Shown: positions 47,480 through 58,616 of the stretch, one piece after another | How positions within the stretch are numbered: position 1 is the first letter of the stretch | Layout of the letters: the number at the start of each line of letters is the position of its first letter | Origin: Polyangiaceae bacterium | GTDB lineage: Bacteria > Myxococcota_A > Polyangia > Polyangiales > Polyangiaceae | Direction of reading: 5' to 3' | Assembly (NCBI GenBank): GCA_035063585.1 | Contig: JAPSGB010000003.1 | Span: 288,001 to 352,000, forward strand | DNA: 64,000 nt | Notes under the pieces: model-generated | Databases searched by the model: none | Seen by the model: the letters and a program-made list of their open reading frames with translations, nothing else | What the model was told of the DNA's origin: nothing | Position numbers and translations under genes: made by a program

Positions 47480-47508
47480 GGAACTTCCGAGGTCGAAGGG
47501 GGTCGTTA
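47480..47508 (+). promoter_or_regulatory. Candidate ECF-sigma promoter
   Basis: GGAACTT-N16-TCGTTA immediately upstream of the VIT/vWA operon. Confidence 0.4.
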
Positions 47509-47512
47509 GGGC

Positions 47513-50500
47513 GTGGAACCGATGAAGATCGCAAAGTCAGGGCTCTTCTGCTTGCTTCTCGTGGTGCTCGCCGCGTGCGGTGCGAAGGAGCGCCCGCTCG
47601 CGCCGCGAACTCAGACCTGGGCCGAGCTCCGCGTGGTAAGGAGCGGGGTTCGCGTCACGCCGCCGGGAGACGCCGAGCGCGAGCCGTACCTGCGCGAGCG
47701 GCTGGTAGACGGCGAGCGCGTGCGCCTCGAGCAGGGCGCGCTCGCGTGGGTCCGCCGTGACGGCGGCGCGACGCTGCTGGTGAGCGGCCCGGCGAGCCTC
47801 ACCCTCTACTCGGATTCGCTCGAGGTCGAGTCGGGGCGCGTGTTCGTCGACGCGCCCGGCAAGACCGCGCTCGTGACGCCGAGCGGCGCGCTGCGGCTGT
47901 CGAAGGTGCGCGCGAGCATCGAGGTCGCGGCCGGTGGGAAGACGAGCGCGTACGTCCTCACCGGTGAGGTCCGCGCGGGCGACGAGACGCGCGCGCGCGC
48001 CGGTGAGCGGCTCACGCTCGCGAAGGGCGCCGCGAGCGCGGTCGCGCCCGAGCTCGTGTGGAACGACTGGACCGGCGGGCTCGCCACCACCGATCGCGTG
48101 GCCGCGCCCGCTCCGTTCGGGGTGGGCACGGTGGGCGCGCGGCCGCCGGGCAGCACCGGAGCCGCGCGCGCGCCGCTCGCCATTCAGCGTCTCGACGTGC
48201 GGGTCACCATCGACGGCGATTTCGCGCTCACGGAGGTCGATCAGCGCTTCTTCAATTCGAGCTCCCAGACCGTCGAGGGTGTCTATCGGTTCCGGACGCC
48301 CACGCGGGCGAGCCTCGCGCGCTTCGGCGTCGACCGTGACGGCACGCTCACCTGGGGCCGCATCAAGGAGAAGGAGGCGGCCGCCGCGCAGTATCAGTCG
48401 AACGTGTACGCCGGCTCGACCGAGGATCCGGCGCTCCTCGAGTGGCAGGCGCCCGGCGAGTACGCCGCGCGCCTCTATCCCATCGGGCCCGGCGAGACGC
48501 GCCGGGTGGTCGTGCGCTACACCGAGTGGCTCGGCCGGACCGGCCCGAAGGGCGAGCGGCGCGAGTACCTCTACCCGATGGCCGCGGAGGGAGCCGAGGA
48601 GTCCCTGCCGCACATCGAGGAGCTCACCGCGACCATCGACGTGAGCCGCGCGCGCGCTCGGGAGATCCGCGCGGGCATGGCGGGAGTCCGCAAGGGAAAC
48701 CTCGTCATCGTGCGCGAGCAGGACTTCGTGCCGCGCGCCGATCTGGCGGTCGAGCTCTTCGACGATGGCCAGGCGAACCCGGTCGCGTATCGCGCTCGGC
48801 ACTCGTCCGACCTCGCCGTGCTCGCTCCGGAAGATCGCTCGCGCGCCGGCGCGAGCGCGCTCACCGAGGCGGACTACGTGCTCGTGCCGGTGCGTGCCCG
48901 CGACGTGCCGCTGCCGAAGGGCGGGCTCGACTTGGCGATCGTGGTGGACGCCTCCGCCGCGAACGAGCCGGCGGCGATGGCGCTCGCGCGCACCGCGACC
49001 GCGTCGCTGCTCGATCACCTGTCGAAGGACGATCGGGTCGTGGTGTGGGCGGGCGCGGACGACCTGCGGCCGGTGGCGCCGGGGCTCGACCGGCTCGCCG
49101 CGCTCGACTCGGCGGGCAAGCACACCGTGCTCACCTCGCTCGCCACCCTCCAGCGCGGCGGCGCGACCGACCTCGGCGCGATGCTCGCTCGCGCGGAAAG
49201 CTCGCTCGATCCGGCTCGGCGCGGCGCGGTCGTCTACCTCGGCGACGGACGCGCCACGGTGGGAGAGCTCTCGCTCGCCGCGCTGAAGAGCCGCCTCGCG
49301 AAGCTCGCGCATCCGGTGCGCCTCTTCGCGCTCGGCATCGGCGCCAGCCCCGACATGGGGGTCCTCTCCGGGTTGGTCGCGGGCGGGTTCGCCGAGCGGG
49401 TCGACAGCGGCTACGACGCAGCCGAGACCTCGCTCCGGCTGTTCGAGGTCGCCGAGCGCCCCGCGCTCCTCGCCACGTCGATCGAGCTCGGGCCGCGCGT
49501 CGAGCGCGTGTATCCTCGTGATCCCGACACGCTCCTCACCGACGAGACGGTGCTGGTGATCGGGCGAGTGAAGGGCGCGATGCCGGAGAGCGTGGCGCTC
49601 GGCGGAGCCGCCGGGAAGCGGTCGCTCCCGCTCGCGCGCGCCGATCTCGACGACCAGGGTGATCTCCGGCGACGCTGGGCTGGCGCGCGACTCGACGAGC
49701 TCATCGCGAGCGGAGCCGGGCGCGCGGCGCTGGTCGACCTCGGCGCGCGCTACGGGATCGTGACGCCGGTCACCTCGTTCTACGTCCCCACCCGGGAGGA
49801 GCGCCTGGCGGAGGACGAGGCGCGCCGCGCGCGCGAGCTCGCGCGCGAGCGGACCGAGCTCGAGGAGGGTGAGGCGGCCGCCTCGGCGGCGGAGGACTCG
49901 AAGGAGGGCGGCACCGGCACCCGAGCCAAGGGCGAGGAGGGCTCGATGGGCAAGCTGGGCTCGTCGAGCCGCCGCTACGCGGTGGCGGGGCCGAAGGACG
50001 ACGGGGACCGCGAAGCCGCGCAAGATTTTGGGATCATCGGCCTGCTCAATTCCGGCGCAGGCGCTGCGGCTCCCCCTGCCCAGGCCGTGGCGGCGGCGCC
50101 CGCGGCGGCGCCGTCGCCCGCGGCGGCGCCGACCGCGCCGCCCCCCGCCGCCGAGGTCGCGGCCTCGCCGGAGGGCTCTCCGGCGAAGGCAGGCGGAGCC
50201 TTCGGTAACGACCTCGCCGGCGCCACGGGCGCGGGTGGGCTCCAGCTCTCGGGGATGGGGGAGGGTGGTGGGGGCCGCGGCGACGGCATCGGTCTCGGTC
50301 GTATCGGGGCCATCGGGCACGGCGGAGGCACCGGCGCGGGGCAGGGCTTCGGCTCTGGAGGAGGCTCGCTCGCCGGGACGCACGCGGCGCCGGCGCCGAA
50401 GCTGGAGGCGCTGTCGCCCACCGTGACCGGCGGGCTGCCGCCCGCGGTAGTGGCGCGGATCGTGCGCCAGAACTTCGGCAGGTTCCGCGCCTGCTACGAG

Positions 50501-52171
50501 CGCGGTCTGGCGCGAAACCCGATCCTCGCCGGTCGGATCACCGTGAGCTTCACCATCGACGCGGGCGGCGCCGTCTCGGACGTCGCGAGCGCGGGCTCGG
50601 ACGTGCCCGACCCGCAGGTCATCGAGTGCGTGCGAGCCGCGTACACGAACCTGAGCTTCCCGCAGCCCCCGGGTGGCACCGCCAGCGTCACGAACGCGAT
50701 CGTTTTCTCCTCGGGCGGTTCGGGCGTGGCCGACGGCCGCGCCGCGGCGCTGATCGGGGTGAACCTCACGGTCGACGGGCTGCCGCGCTACGTGATGGGC
50801 TGCGGGCCGGCCTCGAAGGTCTCGCTCGGTGATCGGGTCCTGCTCTGGCGCGAGCGCCTCGCCGCGGTCGCGGGCAGCCCGACCGGGGTCGAGAACGTGT
50901 ATCGCCTCGCGCTCGCCGCCTGCGAGGCGCCCACCTGGAACGAGCGACGCCGCCTGCTCTCGATGATGCTGGACGCGCTGCCTCGGGTGAGCGGACGCGT
51001 CGCGCTCTGGCGCCTGCTGTGGAAGGAGCGCGCGGAGGCCGACGCGCTCTACCGCGGGCTCGTGGCGCGGGTGAAGACGCCAGCAGAGCTGCGCGAGCTT
51101 CACCAGGCGCTCGGGCTAGAGTCGATGGACCCGACCCTGCTCGCCAAGAAGATCCGTGAGGCCGGCTCGCCCGCAGCGCGGGTCGCGGCGCTCCGCCCGC
51201 TGGTGCAGGTGTGGCCCGACGACTTCGAGGTCGCGCTCGCGCTCATGGACGCGCTCGAGGACGCCGGCGAGCGTGGCGCCGCGCGCGAGCTCGCCAACCG
51301 GCTGCGCGCGCGCCCGGACATCGACGCTCGCGTTCGCACCGCGGTGGGCGAGCTCTTCCTTCGGCTCAGCGCCTCCGCGAAGGACCCGGACGACCAGCGC
51401 GCGGACGCCGCCGCCGCGCGCCGCACGTTCGGCGAAATCGTGGAATACGCGCCGGACGATCCGGTGGCTCGGCGCCGCCTCGGCGATCTCCTGCGCGCGC
51501 ATGGCTGGTACGCCGACGCCGCGCGCCAGTACGAGACGCTCGCCGAGCTCGCGCCGGATGATCCGGTGGTGCCCATTCTGCGCGCGGCGGCCGCCGAGGG
51601 CGAAGGGCAGCTCGAGGCCGCGGTGCGCTGGCTCGAGCGAGCCGAGGCGGGCGGCGCGCCGGGGGCGGGCGTCGATCGCAGCCCGGCCAGCGTGGCGCGC
51701 GCGCTCGCCGCGACCTACCTCGCCTGGGGTCGCCTCGAGGCGCGCGCCAAGCATCGCGACGACGAGCTCGCGGCGCTCGTGACGCGCGCCGAGCGCGTGC
51801 TCGCCGACGAGCGCGGCGGCCAGGCGAGCGCGCCTCGGGTTCGCGTGGTGCTCACCTGGGCGCACCCTGAGTTCCACCCGTCCCTCTACTCCGACGCGCT
51901 CGGGGCCGTGATGCCTGCGCCGGAGGGCGACGCCGTGCTCGGCGTCGCGCAGGTCCGGGTTCCGCGCCGGACCGGCACCAAGCTCGAAGTCCGACTCGAG
52001 CCCGACGAGCTCGAGCGGGCCGCGCGACTCGGCGCCGAGGCCGTGCTCACGGTGATCTTCGACGAGGCCGGCAAGGGTGAGAAAATAGTAAAGCAAAATA
52101 TAAAATTTGAACCCGGCGCGCCGGCCACGCTGAGGTTCACGCTCGGGGACGGCGAGGTGAGTCGTGGCTAA
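47513..52171 (+). CDS. Giant lipoprotein: FecR-like, VIT, vWA, Gly-rich linker, AgmX/PglI (TonB-C-like) and TPR domains
   Basis: LAAC lipobox; VIT EVDQRFFN..VEGVYRF..DPALLEW..YPIGPGETR; vWA IVVDASAA/GGATDL/YLGDG; IVRQNFGRFRACYERGL...LSFPQP; helical repeats. Start is 47513 or 47522. Confidence 0.88.
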   Translation: MEPMKIAKSGLFCLLLVVLAACGAKERPLAPRTQTWAELRVVRSGVRVTPPGDAEREPYLRERLVDGERVRLEQGALAWVRRDGGATLLVSGPASLTLYSDSLEVESGRVFVDAPGKTALVTPSGALRLSKVRASIEVAAGGKTSAYVLTGEVRAGDETRARAGERLTLAKGAASAVAPELVWNDWTGGLATTDRVAAPAPFGVGTVGARPPGSTGAARAPLAIQRLDVRVTIDGDFALTEVDQRFFNSSSQTVEGVYRFRTPTRASLARFGVDRDGTLTWGRIKEKEAAAAQYQSNVYAGSTEDPALLEWQAPGEYAARLYPIGPGETRRVVVRYTEWLGRTGPKGERREYLYPMAAEGAEESLPHIEELTATIDVSRARAREIRAGMAGVRKGNLVIVREQDFVPRADLAVELFDDGQANPVAYRARHSSDLAVLAPEDRSRAGASALTEADYVLVPVRARDVPLPKGGLDLAIVVDASAANEPAAMALARTATASLLDHLSKDDRVVVWAGADDLRPVAPGLDRLAALDSAGKHTVLTSLATLQRGGATDLGAMLARAESSLDPARRGAVVYLGDGRATVGELSLAALKSRLAKLAHPVRLFALGIGASPDMGVLSGLVAGGFAERVDSGYDAAETSLRLFEVAERPALLATSIELGPRVERVYPRDPDTLLTDETVLVIGRVKGAMPESVALGGAAGKRSLPLARADLDDQGDLRRRWAGARLDELIASGAGRAALVDLGARYGIVTPVTSFYVPTREERLAEDEARRARELARERTELEEGEAAASAAEDSKEGGTGTRAKGEEGSMGKLGSSSRRYAVAGPKDDGDREAAQDFGIIGLLNSGAGAAAPPAQAVAAAPAAAPSPAAAPTAPPPAAEVAASPEGSPAKAGGAFGNDLAGATGAGGLQLSGMGEGGGGRGDGIGLGRIGAIGHGGGTGAGQGFGSGGGSLAGTHAAPAPKLEALSPTVTGGLPPAVVARIVRQNFGRFRACYERGLARNPILAGRITVSFTIDAGGAVSDVASAGSDVPDPQVIECVRAAYTNLSFPQPPGGTASVTNAIVFSSGGSGVADGRAAALIGVNLTVDGLPRYVMGCGPASKVSLGDRVLLWRERLAAVAGSPTGVENVYRLALAACEAPTWNERRRLLSMMLDALPRVSGRVALWRLLWKERAEADALYRGLVARVKTPAELRELHQALGLESMDPTLLAKKIREAGSPAARVAALRPLVQVWPDDFEVALALMDALEDAGERGAARELANRLRARPDIDARVRTAVGELFLRLSASAKDPDDQRADAAAARRTFGEIVEYAPDDPVARRRLGDLLRAHGWYADAARQYETLAELAPDDPVVPILRAAAAEGEGQLEAAVRWLERAEAGGAPGAGVDRSPASVARALAATYLAWGRLEARAKHRDDELAALVTRAERVLADERGGQASAPRVRVVLTWAHPEFHPSLYSDALGAVMPAPEGDAVLGVAQVRVPRRTGTKLEVRLEPDELERAARLGAEAVLTVIFDEAGKGEKIVKQNIKFEPGAPATLRFTLGDGEVSRG

Positions 52172-55100
52172 GGCCTATCGAGAGCTCGGGGTGCTCCTCG
52201 TGGTTGCGCTGCTCTTCGGTCTCGGGGTGTGGAGGCTCACCCGCCACGAGGTGCGCGCGCTTCCGGCTACGCTCGCGGATCTCGAGACCGTGCACGCGGG
52301 CGTGAAGGTCGGCGGAGGCGTCAGCGCGGGCGTTCGCCGGCTCCGAGCCGGCGACGAGCTCGAGACGGACGGAGACGGACGCGCGCGGATGCGGCTCGAC
52401 GACGGCACCAGCGTCGTGATCGATCGCGCGACCCGGCTCAGCGTGGGTGAGCGCGGGCTCCGGCTCGAGCAGGGGCGCCTGTTCGTGCTGGGCGCCAAGG
52501 GCGCGCGCACCACCATCGAGCTCGGGCAGGCGACGGCGACGCTCACCGGCGTGAACGCCGGGGTCGAGCGGCGGGGCGACCAGTCGACGCTCTACGCCGC
52601 CACTGGCGAGCTCCCACTCTCTGCGGGCGGCAAGGACTACAAACTTCAGCGCGGCGAGCAGGCCCGAGTGAGCGGCGCCACGGTGACCATCACGCCCGCC
52701 AAGGTCTTCGAGGACTGGACCGGCGGGCTCGCGGTGCCGTGGGGTGCGAGCGGCGCGCCGCGCCGCGCGGTCGGCGAGCTGTGGGGTCGTGCGGAGGGCG
52801 CGGCGCTCGGCGATCCCGGCTCGCCGCTCACCATCCGCTCGCATGACGTGTCGGCCGTCCTCGACGGCGAGGTCGCCACGACGCGGCTCGAGACGACCTG
52901 GTTCAACGGCGGCAGCGACCGCGTGGTGGGCGACTATCGCCTCGCCATCCCGCCCGGCGCGCTCGTGGAGAAGTTCGCCTGGCAGCTCGGCGACGGTCCG
53001 CTCCAGCCAGGTAGGATCGGGCTCGCGGACCGCGCCCGCACCGTGCTCCAACCGGAGGGCGTCGTGCTCGAGTGGGCCGGCGAAGGCTGGCTCCGCGGCA
53101 GCCTCCCCGGGATCGCGCCCGGCGCGACCGTGACCATCCACATCACGTATGTCGAGTGGCTCTCACCGCGTAAGACGCCGACCGGCGAGCTGGTCGCGGA
53201 GTACCGCTACCCGATGGCCGCGGCTGGCGAGCCGCCGCTCATCGGGGAGTTCTCGGCGAGGCTGGATGCCGGTCCGGCGCGGCCGGCGGCGCTGTCCGCC
53301 GGCCTCGGCGCGGCCGTCAAGGGCGCGACCGCGGAGCTTCGCAAGCAGGATTTCCTGCCGGTCGCGGACTGGGTGGCCGAGGTCTCGCTGCCGCCGTTCG
53401 ACGCCGCGGCGCGGCTCTACGTCGCAGCGCCGGACTACGAGGAGGAGCTCAAGACGGTGCTGGTTCGCACCGAGCTCCCGCCCGCGGCGCCCGAGGCTGG
53501 CGCGACCGTCGTGCTGGTGGTCGACTCGAGCGGGAGCGCGGAGCCGGCGCTGCTCAACGTGTCGCGCGCCTTCGTGGGCGCCGTGCTCGGAGCGCTCGGT
53601 GCGCGTGACCGCGTGCTCGTGCTCGCCGCCGATCAGACGGTGCGTGCGGTCGGTCCGGCGGAGCTCGGGCCCGCCGATGACGCGCGCAAGAAGGCGATCA
53701 CCGCGGCGCTCGCGCGGCTCGAGCCCGGCGGCGCGACCGATCTCGGCCGCGCGCTCGAGGCCGGCGCGGACGCGCTCCCCGCCGATGCGCCGAGCGGGCT
53801 CGTCGTCTACGTCGGCGATGGCTGGCCGACGGTCGGTGATCCGACGGTAGACGCGATCCAGGCGCGACTCGCCCGCCGCGCAGGCGGCGCGCCGCGGCTC
53901 GGCGCGGTGGCGGTGGGCCCGCTCGCCAACCGCGCGGCGCTCTCCGCGCTCTCGCGGGGCAGCGGTCCGCTGCTCGAGATCGCCGATGCGAGCGACGCGG
54001 GGGCCGCGGCCTCGGCGCTGGTCGCCGAGGCGCTCCGGCCCACGGCGGCCGACGTGACCATCGAGCTCGGCCCCGAGATCGAGCAGGTCTATCCGCGCCG
54101 CGCGCGCGCGGTGGTCGCCGGCGACACCGTGACCGTGGTCGGCAAGATGCGCGGCGCCGCGCCGAACGCGGTGATCCTCCGCTGGCGAGACGCGAAGGGC
54201 GCGCACGCGGAGCGGCGGCTCCTCGCGCCTCGCAAGGCGACCGATGAGGGCGACCTGCGCCGGCGCTGGGCCGCCGCGCGCGTCGAGGACATCCTGCTCA
54301 CCGGCAAGGGCCGCGAGGCGGCGACCGACGTCGCGCTGCGCGCCGCGCTCATCACGCCCTGGACGGCCTTCACCGATGGGCGACCCGTCTACCCCGCGAG
54401 CGATCTCGATCGTCGCCTGCTCGAGTCGTCCGGCGACGCGACCGCGGCGTTCGTCGCTCCGGCCTCGCCGCTCGGCGCGCTCTCGAACATCCCGGACGAG
54501 ATCCCCGCGCTCGCTCACGACGAGATTGCGCTCTCGGACTCGCTCGCCCGCGCTGCTGCGCGCGTGCTCGGCGATGCGGGCGACAGCGTGCGCGCCTGCC
54601 GCGACTCGCGCGCGGCGCTCCGCCCCGAGCTCTCCGGCTCGCTCGCCGTGAGCTTCGAGGTGGGGAGCGACGGGCGCGCGAAGCACGCGCGGGTGGTGGG
54701 TGACTCCGCGCTCTCCGACGACCCTGCGCTCAATCGCTGCGTCGAGGTGGTGGTCATGGGGCTCGTCTATCCGACCGGCGGCGTCACGGTGCGGGTAAAC
54801 CAGGTCATCCTGCTCCCGCCGCCGCGGGCCGGGATGCAGCGCTCGAAGTGCTCCGAGACCTCCAAGCTCCCGCTCCCGCTCCGGCGCGGGGTGTGGCGCG
54901 AGCGGCTCGAACGAGAGGGCGCTGACGCGGTGTTCTTCGCCGCGCAGCGGGCCTGCGAGCTGCCGACCTGGTCGGCGCAGCGGGTGCTGCTCGAGCTCTT
55001 GCTGAACAAGGCGCAAGACGGGGTCGAGCGGGTCCGGCTCGCCCGCGTCCTCGACGACGCCGGGGCGGGTGAGGCGGCCGCGTTCCTACGCCGCGAGGCG

Positions 55101-56159
55101 GTGCGGCGCGCTGCCTCGCCGGACGAGCTCGCGAGGGTGCGCGCCGCGCTCATCGGCGATGAACGCTACCCGGTCGCGACCTTCAGGAAGCGCTACCGCG
55201 AGGCGTCGAGCGACGAGCAGCGGCTCGAGGTGCTGCGGACGTTCCTCGCGGTCGCGCCGCACGATCCGGGGCTTCGCCGGCGGCTGCTCCTCATCCTCGA
55301 GGCGCTCGGCCGGCGCGATGCGCTCGCCGAGGAGGTCCGCCGCCTGCGCGTCGACCCCTTCGCCGACGCCGCGCTGCTCGCGGAGGCCGCCTCCGCGCTC
55401 CGCCGTATCGGCGACGAGGGCGAGGCGCGCCGGACCTTCGGCGAGCTCGCGGAGCGCGCGCCGTCCGATCCGTGGGCGCGCGCCTTCCTCGGCGATCGTC
55501 TACGAAACGAGGGTTGGTTCGATGACGCGACGGCGGCCTATGCGGCCCTCGATCAGCTCATGCCGGACGACGCCGCGGTGCTCATCCGCCTGGCGCTCGC
55601 CGACGCGGGCGCGGATCGCGTGGACATCGCTCGCCGGATGCTCGCGCGCGTCGCGCAGACCGGCGGGCGGAGCGGGGATGGCGCGCTCGCGAGCCTAGCG
55701 GAGCAGCTCGCCTCGGTCGTGCTCGCAGAGGCGCGGGCTGGCAAGGGCGTCGCCGGGGACGACCGGGAGCGCCTCCTCGCGGCCTCGCTCGAGCTCGAGC
55801 GCACCGCCCGCGGCGTGACGCTCTTGGCGTTCTACCCGGCGGCCGCCGTGCCGCTCACGGTCCAGGTGGTGCGCGGCGAGGGCAAGGCGCGGGAGGAGCT
55901 CCCGGCAGAGATCTCCGCGCCCGGGATCGGGGTGGCGGCGCTGTCGTTCGATCCCGACGGCGCGGGCGAGGCCCGCGTCAGCCTGACGCGCCCCGAGGAC
56001 CTGCCGCCGAGCGCACCGACCCGCGTCCGCCTGCGCGCGCTGGTCGCGTCCGGCTCGGCCGCCGCGCCGCCGAAGCTCGTCTCGCTCGACGTCGACGTGC
56101 CAGCCACCGGTAAGCCCGTGGAAGTGGCCTTTCGAGATGGCGCGCTCGTCGCGCCGTGA
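52164..56159 (+). CDS. Paralogous giant protein with an N-terminal TM anchor: FecR-like, VIT, vWA, AgmX-like and TPR domains
   Basis: N-terminal TM; Fec[20 protein letters not shown]; vWA VVDSSGS/GGATDL/YVGDG; VRACRD..PELSG..CV; TPR-like tail; overlaps the upstream gene. Confidence 0.88.
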   Translation: MAKAYRELGVLLVVALLFGLGVWRLTRHEVRALPATLADLETVHAGVKVGGGVSAGVRRLRAGDELETDGDGRARMRLDDGTSVVIDRATRLSVGERGLRLEQGRLFVLGAKGARTTIELGQATATLTGVNAGVERRGDQSTLYAATGELPLSAGGKDYKLQRGEQARVSGATVTITPAKVFEDWTGGLAVPWGASGAPRRAVGELWGRAEGAALGDPGSPLTIRSHDVSAVLDGEVATTRLETTWFNGGSDRVVGDYRLAIPPGALVEKFAWQLGDGPLQPGRIGLADRARTVLQPEGVVLEWAGEGWLRGSLPGIAPGATVTIHITYVEWLSPRKTPTGELVAEYRYPMAAAGEPPLIGEFSARLDAGPARPAALSAGLGAAVKGATAELRKQDFLPVADWVAEVSLPPFDAAARLYVAAPDYEEELKTVLVRTELPPAAPEAGATVVLVVDSSGSAEPALLNVSRAFVGAVLGALGARDRVLVLAADQTVRAVGPAELGPADDARKKAITAALARLEPGGATDLGRALEAGADALPADAPSGLVVYVGDGWPTVGDPTVDAIQARLARRAGGAPRLGAVAVGPLANRAALSALSRGSGPLLEIADASDAGAAASALVAEALRPTAADVTIELGPEIEQVYPRRARAVVAGDTVTVVGKMRGAAPNAVILRWRDAKGAHAERRLLAPRKATDEGDLRRRWAAARVEDILLTGKGREAATDVALRAALITPWTAFTDGRPVYPASDLDRRLLESSGDATAAFVAPASPLGALSNIPDEIPALAHDEIALSDSLARAAARVLGDAGDSVRACRDSRAALRPELSGSLAVSFEVGSDGRAKHARVVGDSALSDDPALNRCVEVVVMGLVYPTGGVTVRVNQVILLPPPRAGMQRSKCSETSKLPLPLRRGVWRERLEREGADAVFFAAQRACELPTWSAQRVLLELLLNKAQDGVERVRLARVLDDAGAGEAAAFLRREAVRRAASPDELARVRAALIGDERYPVATFRKRYREASSDEQRLEVLRTFLAVAPHDPGLRRRLLLILEALGRRDALAEEVRRLRVDPFADAALLAEAASALRRIGDEGEARRTFGELAERAPSDPWARAFLGDRLRNEGWFDDATAAYAALDQLMPDDAAVLIRLALADAGADRVDIARRMLARVAQTGGRSGDGALASLAEQLASVVLAEARAGKGVAGDDRERLLAASLELERTARGVTLLAFYPAAAVPLTVQVVRGEGKAREELPAEISAPGIGVAALSFDPDGAGEARVSLTRPEDLPPSAPTRVRLRALVASGSAAAPPKLVSLDVDVPATGKPVEVAFRDGALVAP

Positions 56160-56221
56160 GCCCGGTCTCGCGCTCCGAGCTTGCGCGGGAGCGCGGGCTC
56201 GTGCAAAGAACCGGAGGCGAG

Positions 56222-56548
56222 ATGGCAAAGCTCGAAATGGAAGACGTGAAGCTCGGCGCAGGCCGGGCGGCGGTGGCCGGCCAGCGGGTGACGGTGCACT
56301 ACACCGGGACGCTCACCAACGGCAGCAAGTTCGACAGCTCGCGCGATCGCGGGCGGGGCTTCACCTTCACGCTCGGCGCGGGCGAGGTGATTCGCGGTTG
56401 GGACGACGGCGTCGCGGGCATGCTCGTCGGCGGAGTCCGCAAGCTCACCATCCCGCCCGAGCTCGGCTATGGCGCGCGGGGGTTCCCGCCGGTCATTCCG
56501 CCGAACTCGACCTTGCTGTTCGAGGTCGAGCTCCTCGAGGTCGGCTGA
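56222..56548 (+). CDS. FKBP-type peptidyl-prolyl isomerase
   Basis: Motifs [41 protein letters not shown]. Confidence 0.97.
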   Translation: MAKLEMEDVKLGAGRAAVAGQRVTVHYTGTLTNGSKFDSSRDRGRGFTFTLGAGEVIRGWDDGVAGMLVGGVRKLTIPPELGYGARGFPPVIPPNSTLLFEVELLEVG

Positions 56549-57589
56549 TTGGGCGCGGGCGCTCGAGCGCTCGGCGCACTCGCGCTCCTCGCCGCCGGGT
56601 GCTCGAGCGGCGCGAGTGAGCCCGGCTCGAGCGCGGACGCGGCGGCAGGCGCGCCGGGATGCCCCGAGGCATCCGCGCCGAGCGGGCCGCCGCCGAGCTG
56701 CGCAGGCGGGCTCGAGTGCCGAGGGCGGAGCTGCTGCGAGAGCCTCCGGGTGCCGGGCGGCTCGTTCATGATGGGCCGGAGCGCGGACGGCGCGGACGCC
56801 TACGACACGCAGAGCTGCGAGCTCTGCGGGCGCGATCAGCCGGAGATACCGGCGAGCGTGCATGACTTCTACCTCGATACCTTCGAGGTGACGGTGGCGC
56901 GCTTTCGTCGCTTCGTCGACGCTTACGACGGCACGCCGCCTGCGCCCGGGTCGGGCGCGTACCCCGGCGTGTGCGCGAGCGGCTGGCAGGCCTCGTGGAA
57001 CCCCATGTTGCCTGCGTCGCGCGAGGCGCTGCTCGCCGCGCTCGAGATCTACGACGGGTGCGGGTGCTCGAACTACACCGAGGCGCCCGGGCCGCACGAG
57101 GACGAGCCGGTCAACACGGTGAGCTGGTTCATCGGCTATGCGTTCTGCATCTGGGACGGCGGCCGGCTGCCGTCCGAGGCCGAGTGGGAGTACGCCGCGG
57201 CGGGCGGCGACGAGAACCGGTTGTTTCCGTGGGGAAGCGAGCCGCCGGATGCTTCCCGGGCCGTGTTCGGCAACTCCGAGGGCGCCCCTCCGCATCAGTC
57301 GGTGGGCGGCCTGCCCGGCGGCGCGGCGCGCTGGGGCCAGCTCGACATGGCGGGGAGCGTCTGGGAGTCGTGTCGCGACGGGTTCATCAATACGCGCTAC
57401 CTGACCGAGACGTCGTGCCACGACTGCATCGACCTCTCGCTCGGCGGCTCCGGGATGCGCCGAGGGGGCGGCTGGACCTCGGAGCCGGTGGAGCTTCGAG
57501 CCGCCACCCGCAGCGGCTATTTCTTCGGAAGGCCGTCGGTGGTGGGCGGGATCCGCTGCGCTCGCGACGCGGCACCGCGGGAGCCGTAG
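56549..57589 (+). CDS. FGE/SUMF1-domain lipoprotein
   Basis: AAGC lipobox; motifs PGGSFMMG, EVTVARF, RLPSEAEWEYAA, DMAGSVWE, RGGGW, GIRCAR. Confidence 0.9.
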   Translation: MGAGARALGALALLAAGCSSGASEPGSSADAAAGAPGCPEASAPSGPPPSCAGGLECRGRSCCESLRVPGGSFMMGRSADGADAYDTQSCELCGRDQPEIPASVHDFYLDTFEVTVARFRRFVDAYDGTPPAPGSGAYPGVCASGWQASWNPMLPASREALLAALEIYDGCGCSNYTEAPGPHEDEPVNTVSWFIGYAFCIWDGGRLPSEAEWEYAAAGGDENRLFPWGSEPPDASRAVFGNSEGAPPHQSVGGLPGGAARWGQLDMAGSVWESCRDGFINTRYLTETSCHDCIDLSLGGSGMRRGGGWTSEPVELRAATRSGYFFGRPSVVGGIRCARDAAPREP

Positions 57590-57611
57590 CGACGCGCGCC
57601 GAGCGCGCCGC

Positions 57612-58466
57612 TCAAGACAGCTCGAGCTTCAGCCCCTCGCGCGCGACCAGGACCTCGACCGCCTTCGTCTCGCCGCCCATCCAGGTGGTCGCCTGCCGAG
57701 CGATCGCGTCGAGCTCGTCGTCGGTCCGGTTCGGGTCGTGATGGTAGAGCGCCAATCGTCGCGGCGCCGCGAGCACGCCGAGCCTGAGCACCTCGTCCAC
57801 CAAGGAGTGCCCCCAGCCCTGCTTGGCCGGCATGTCCGCGCGCACGTACTGGGAGTCGTGGATGAGGAGGTCGACGCCCTCGCTGAAGCGCGCCAGCTCC
57901 TCGATGGTGACGCGAGCCGCGGCGCCCGAGGCGCTGAGCTCGTTGTCGGTGAGGTACGCGAACGACGCGTCGTCGTCGTCGACGCGGAAACCCTGCGCGC
58001 CGCCCGGGTGGTTCAGCTGGATGCGGCGTACCCGCGCTGAGCCGATCCGCCAATCCGAGCCGATGGGTCGCGCGAACTCGACCCTCGCGGGGATGTCGTT
58101 TGCGCTCACGGGGAAGTGGATGTCATCGAAGATGGTGCGCTGGAACCGCTCCTGCGCGTCGCTCGCGAGCGGATAGATGGAGAGCGACGTGTCAGGGTGC
58201 CAGAGCGGCGCGAAGAACGGCAAGCCGAGGATGTGATCCCAGTGCGTGTGTGAGAGCAGGAGGTGCACGGCTGGCACGGCACCTTCGGCGAACAGCGCCT
58301 CTCCGAGCTTCCGGATCCCGGTTCCGGCGTCGAACACGAGCAAGGTGCCGTCGCCGAGCCGCACCTCGACGCACGAGGTGTTGCCGCCGTAACGAGCGGT
58401 CTCGGGGCCTGGCGCAGGCACCGAGCCACGCACTCCATGGAACATGACGCGCATCGGGCGACTCAC
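57612..58466 (-). CDS. MBL-fold metallo-hydrolase (phosphodiesterase-like)
   Basis: Motifs GVRGS, YGGNTSC, DAGTG, SHTHWDH, WGHS, HHDP. Confidence 0.93.
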   Translation of the reverse strand: MSRPMRVMFHGVRGSVPAPGPETARYGGNTSCVEVRLGDGTLLVFDAGTGIRKLGEALFAEGAVPAVHLLLSHTHWDHILGLPFFAPLWHPDTSLSIYPLASDAQERFQRTIFDDIHFPVSANDIPARVEFARPIGSDWRIGSARVRRIQLNHPGGAQGFRVDDDDASFAYLTDNELSASGAAARVTIEELARFSEGVDLLIHDSQYVRADMPAKQGWGHSLVDEVLRLGVLAAPRRLALYHHDPNRTDDELDAIARQATTWMGGETKAVEVLVAREGLKLELS

Positions 58467-58616
58467 TCTACCAGCGTCGAGAGGCTCCTCGCGCGTCCTC
58501 GAGGGCCGGCGGAGCAGGGGTTGAAGTTACAGTGTGAATGAAATCGGGCCCGCCGCGCCTCGGCTCTGGGCGACTCCTCGCGAGCGCGCCCTCCGGCAGG
58601 CGATCGTAGGGCCTCC

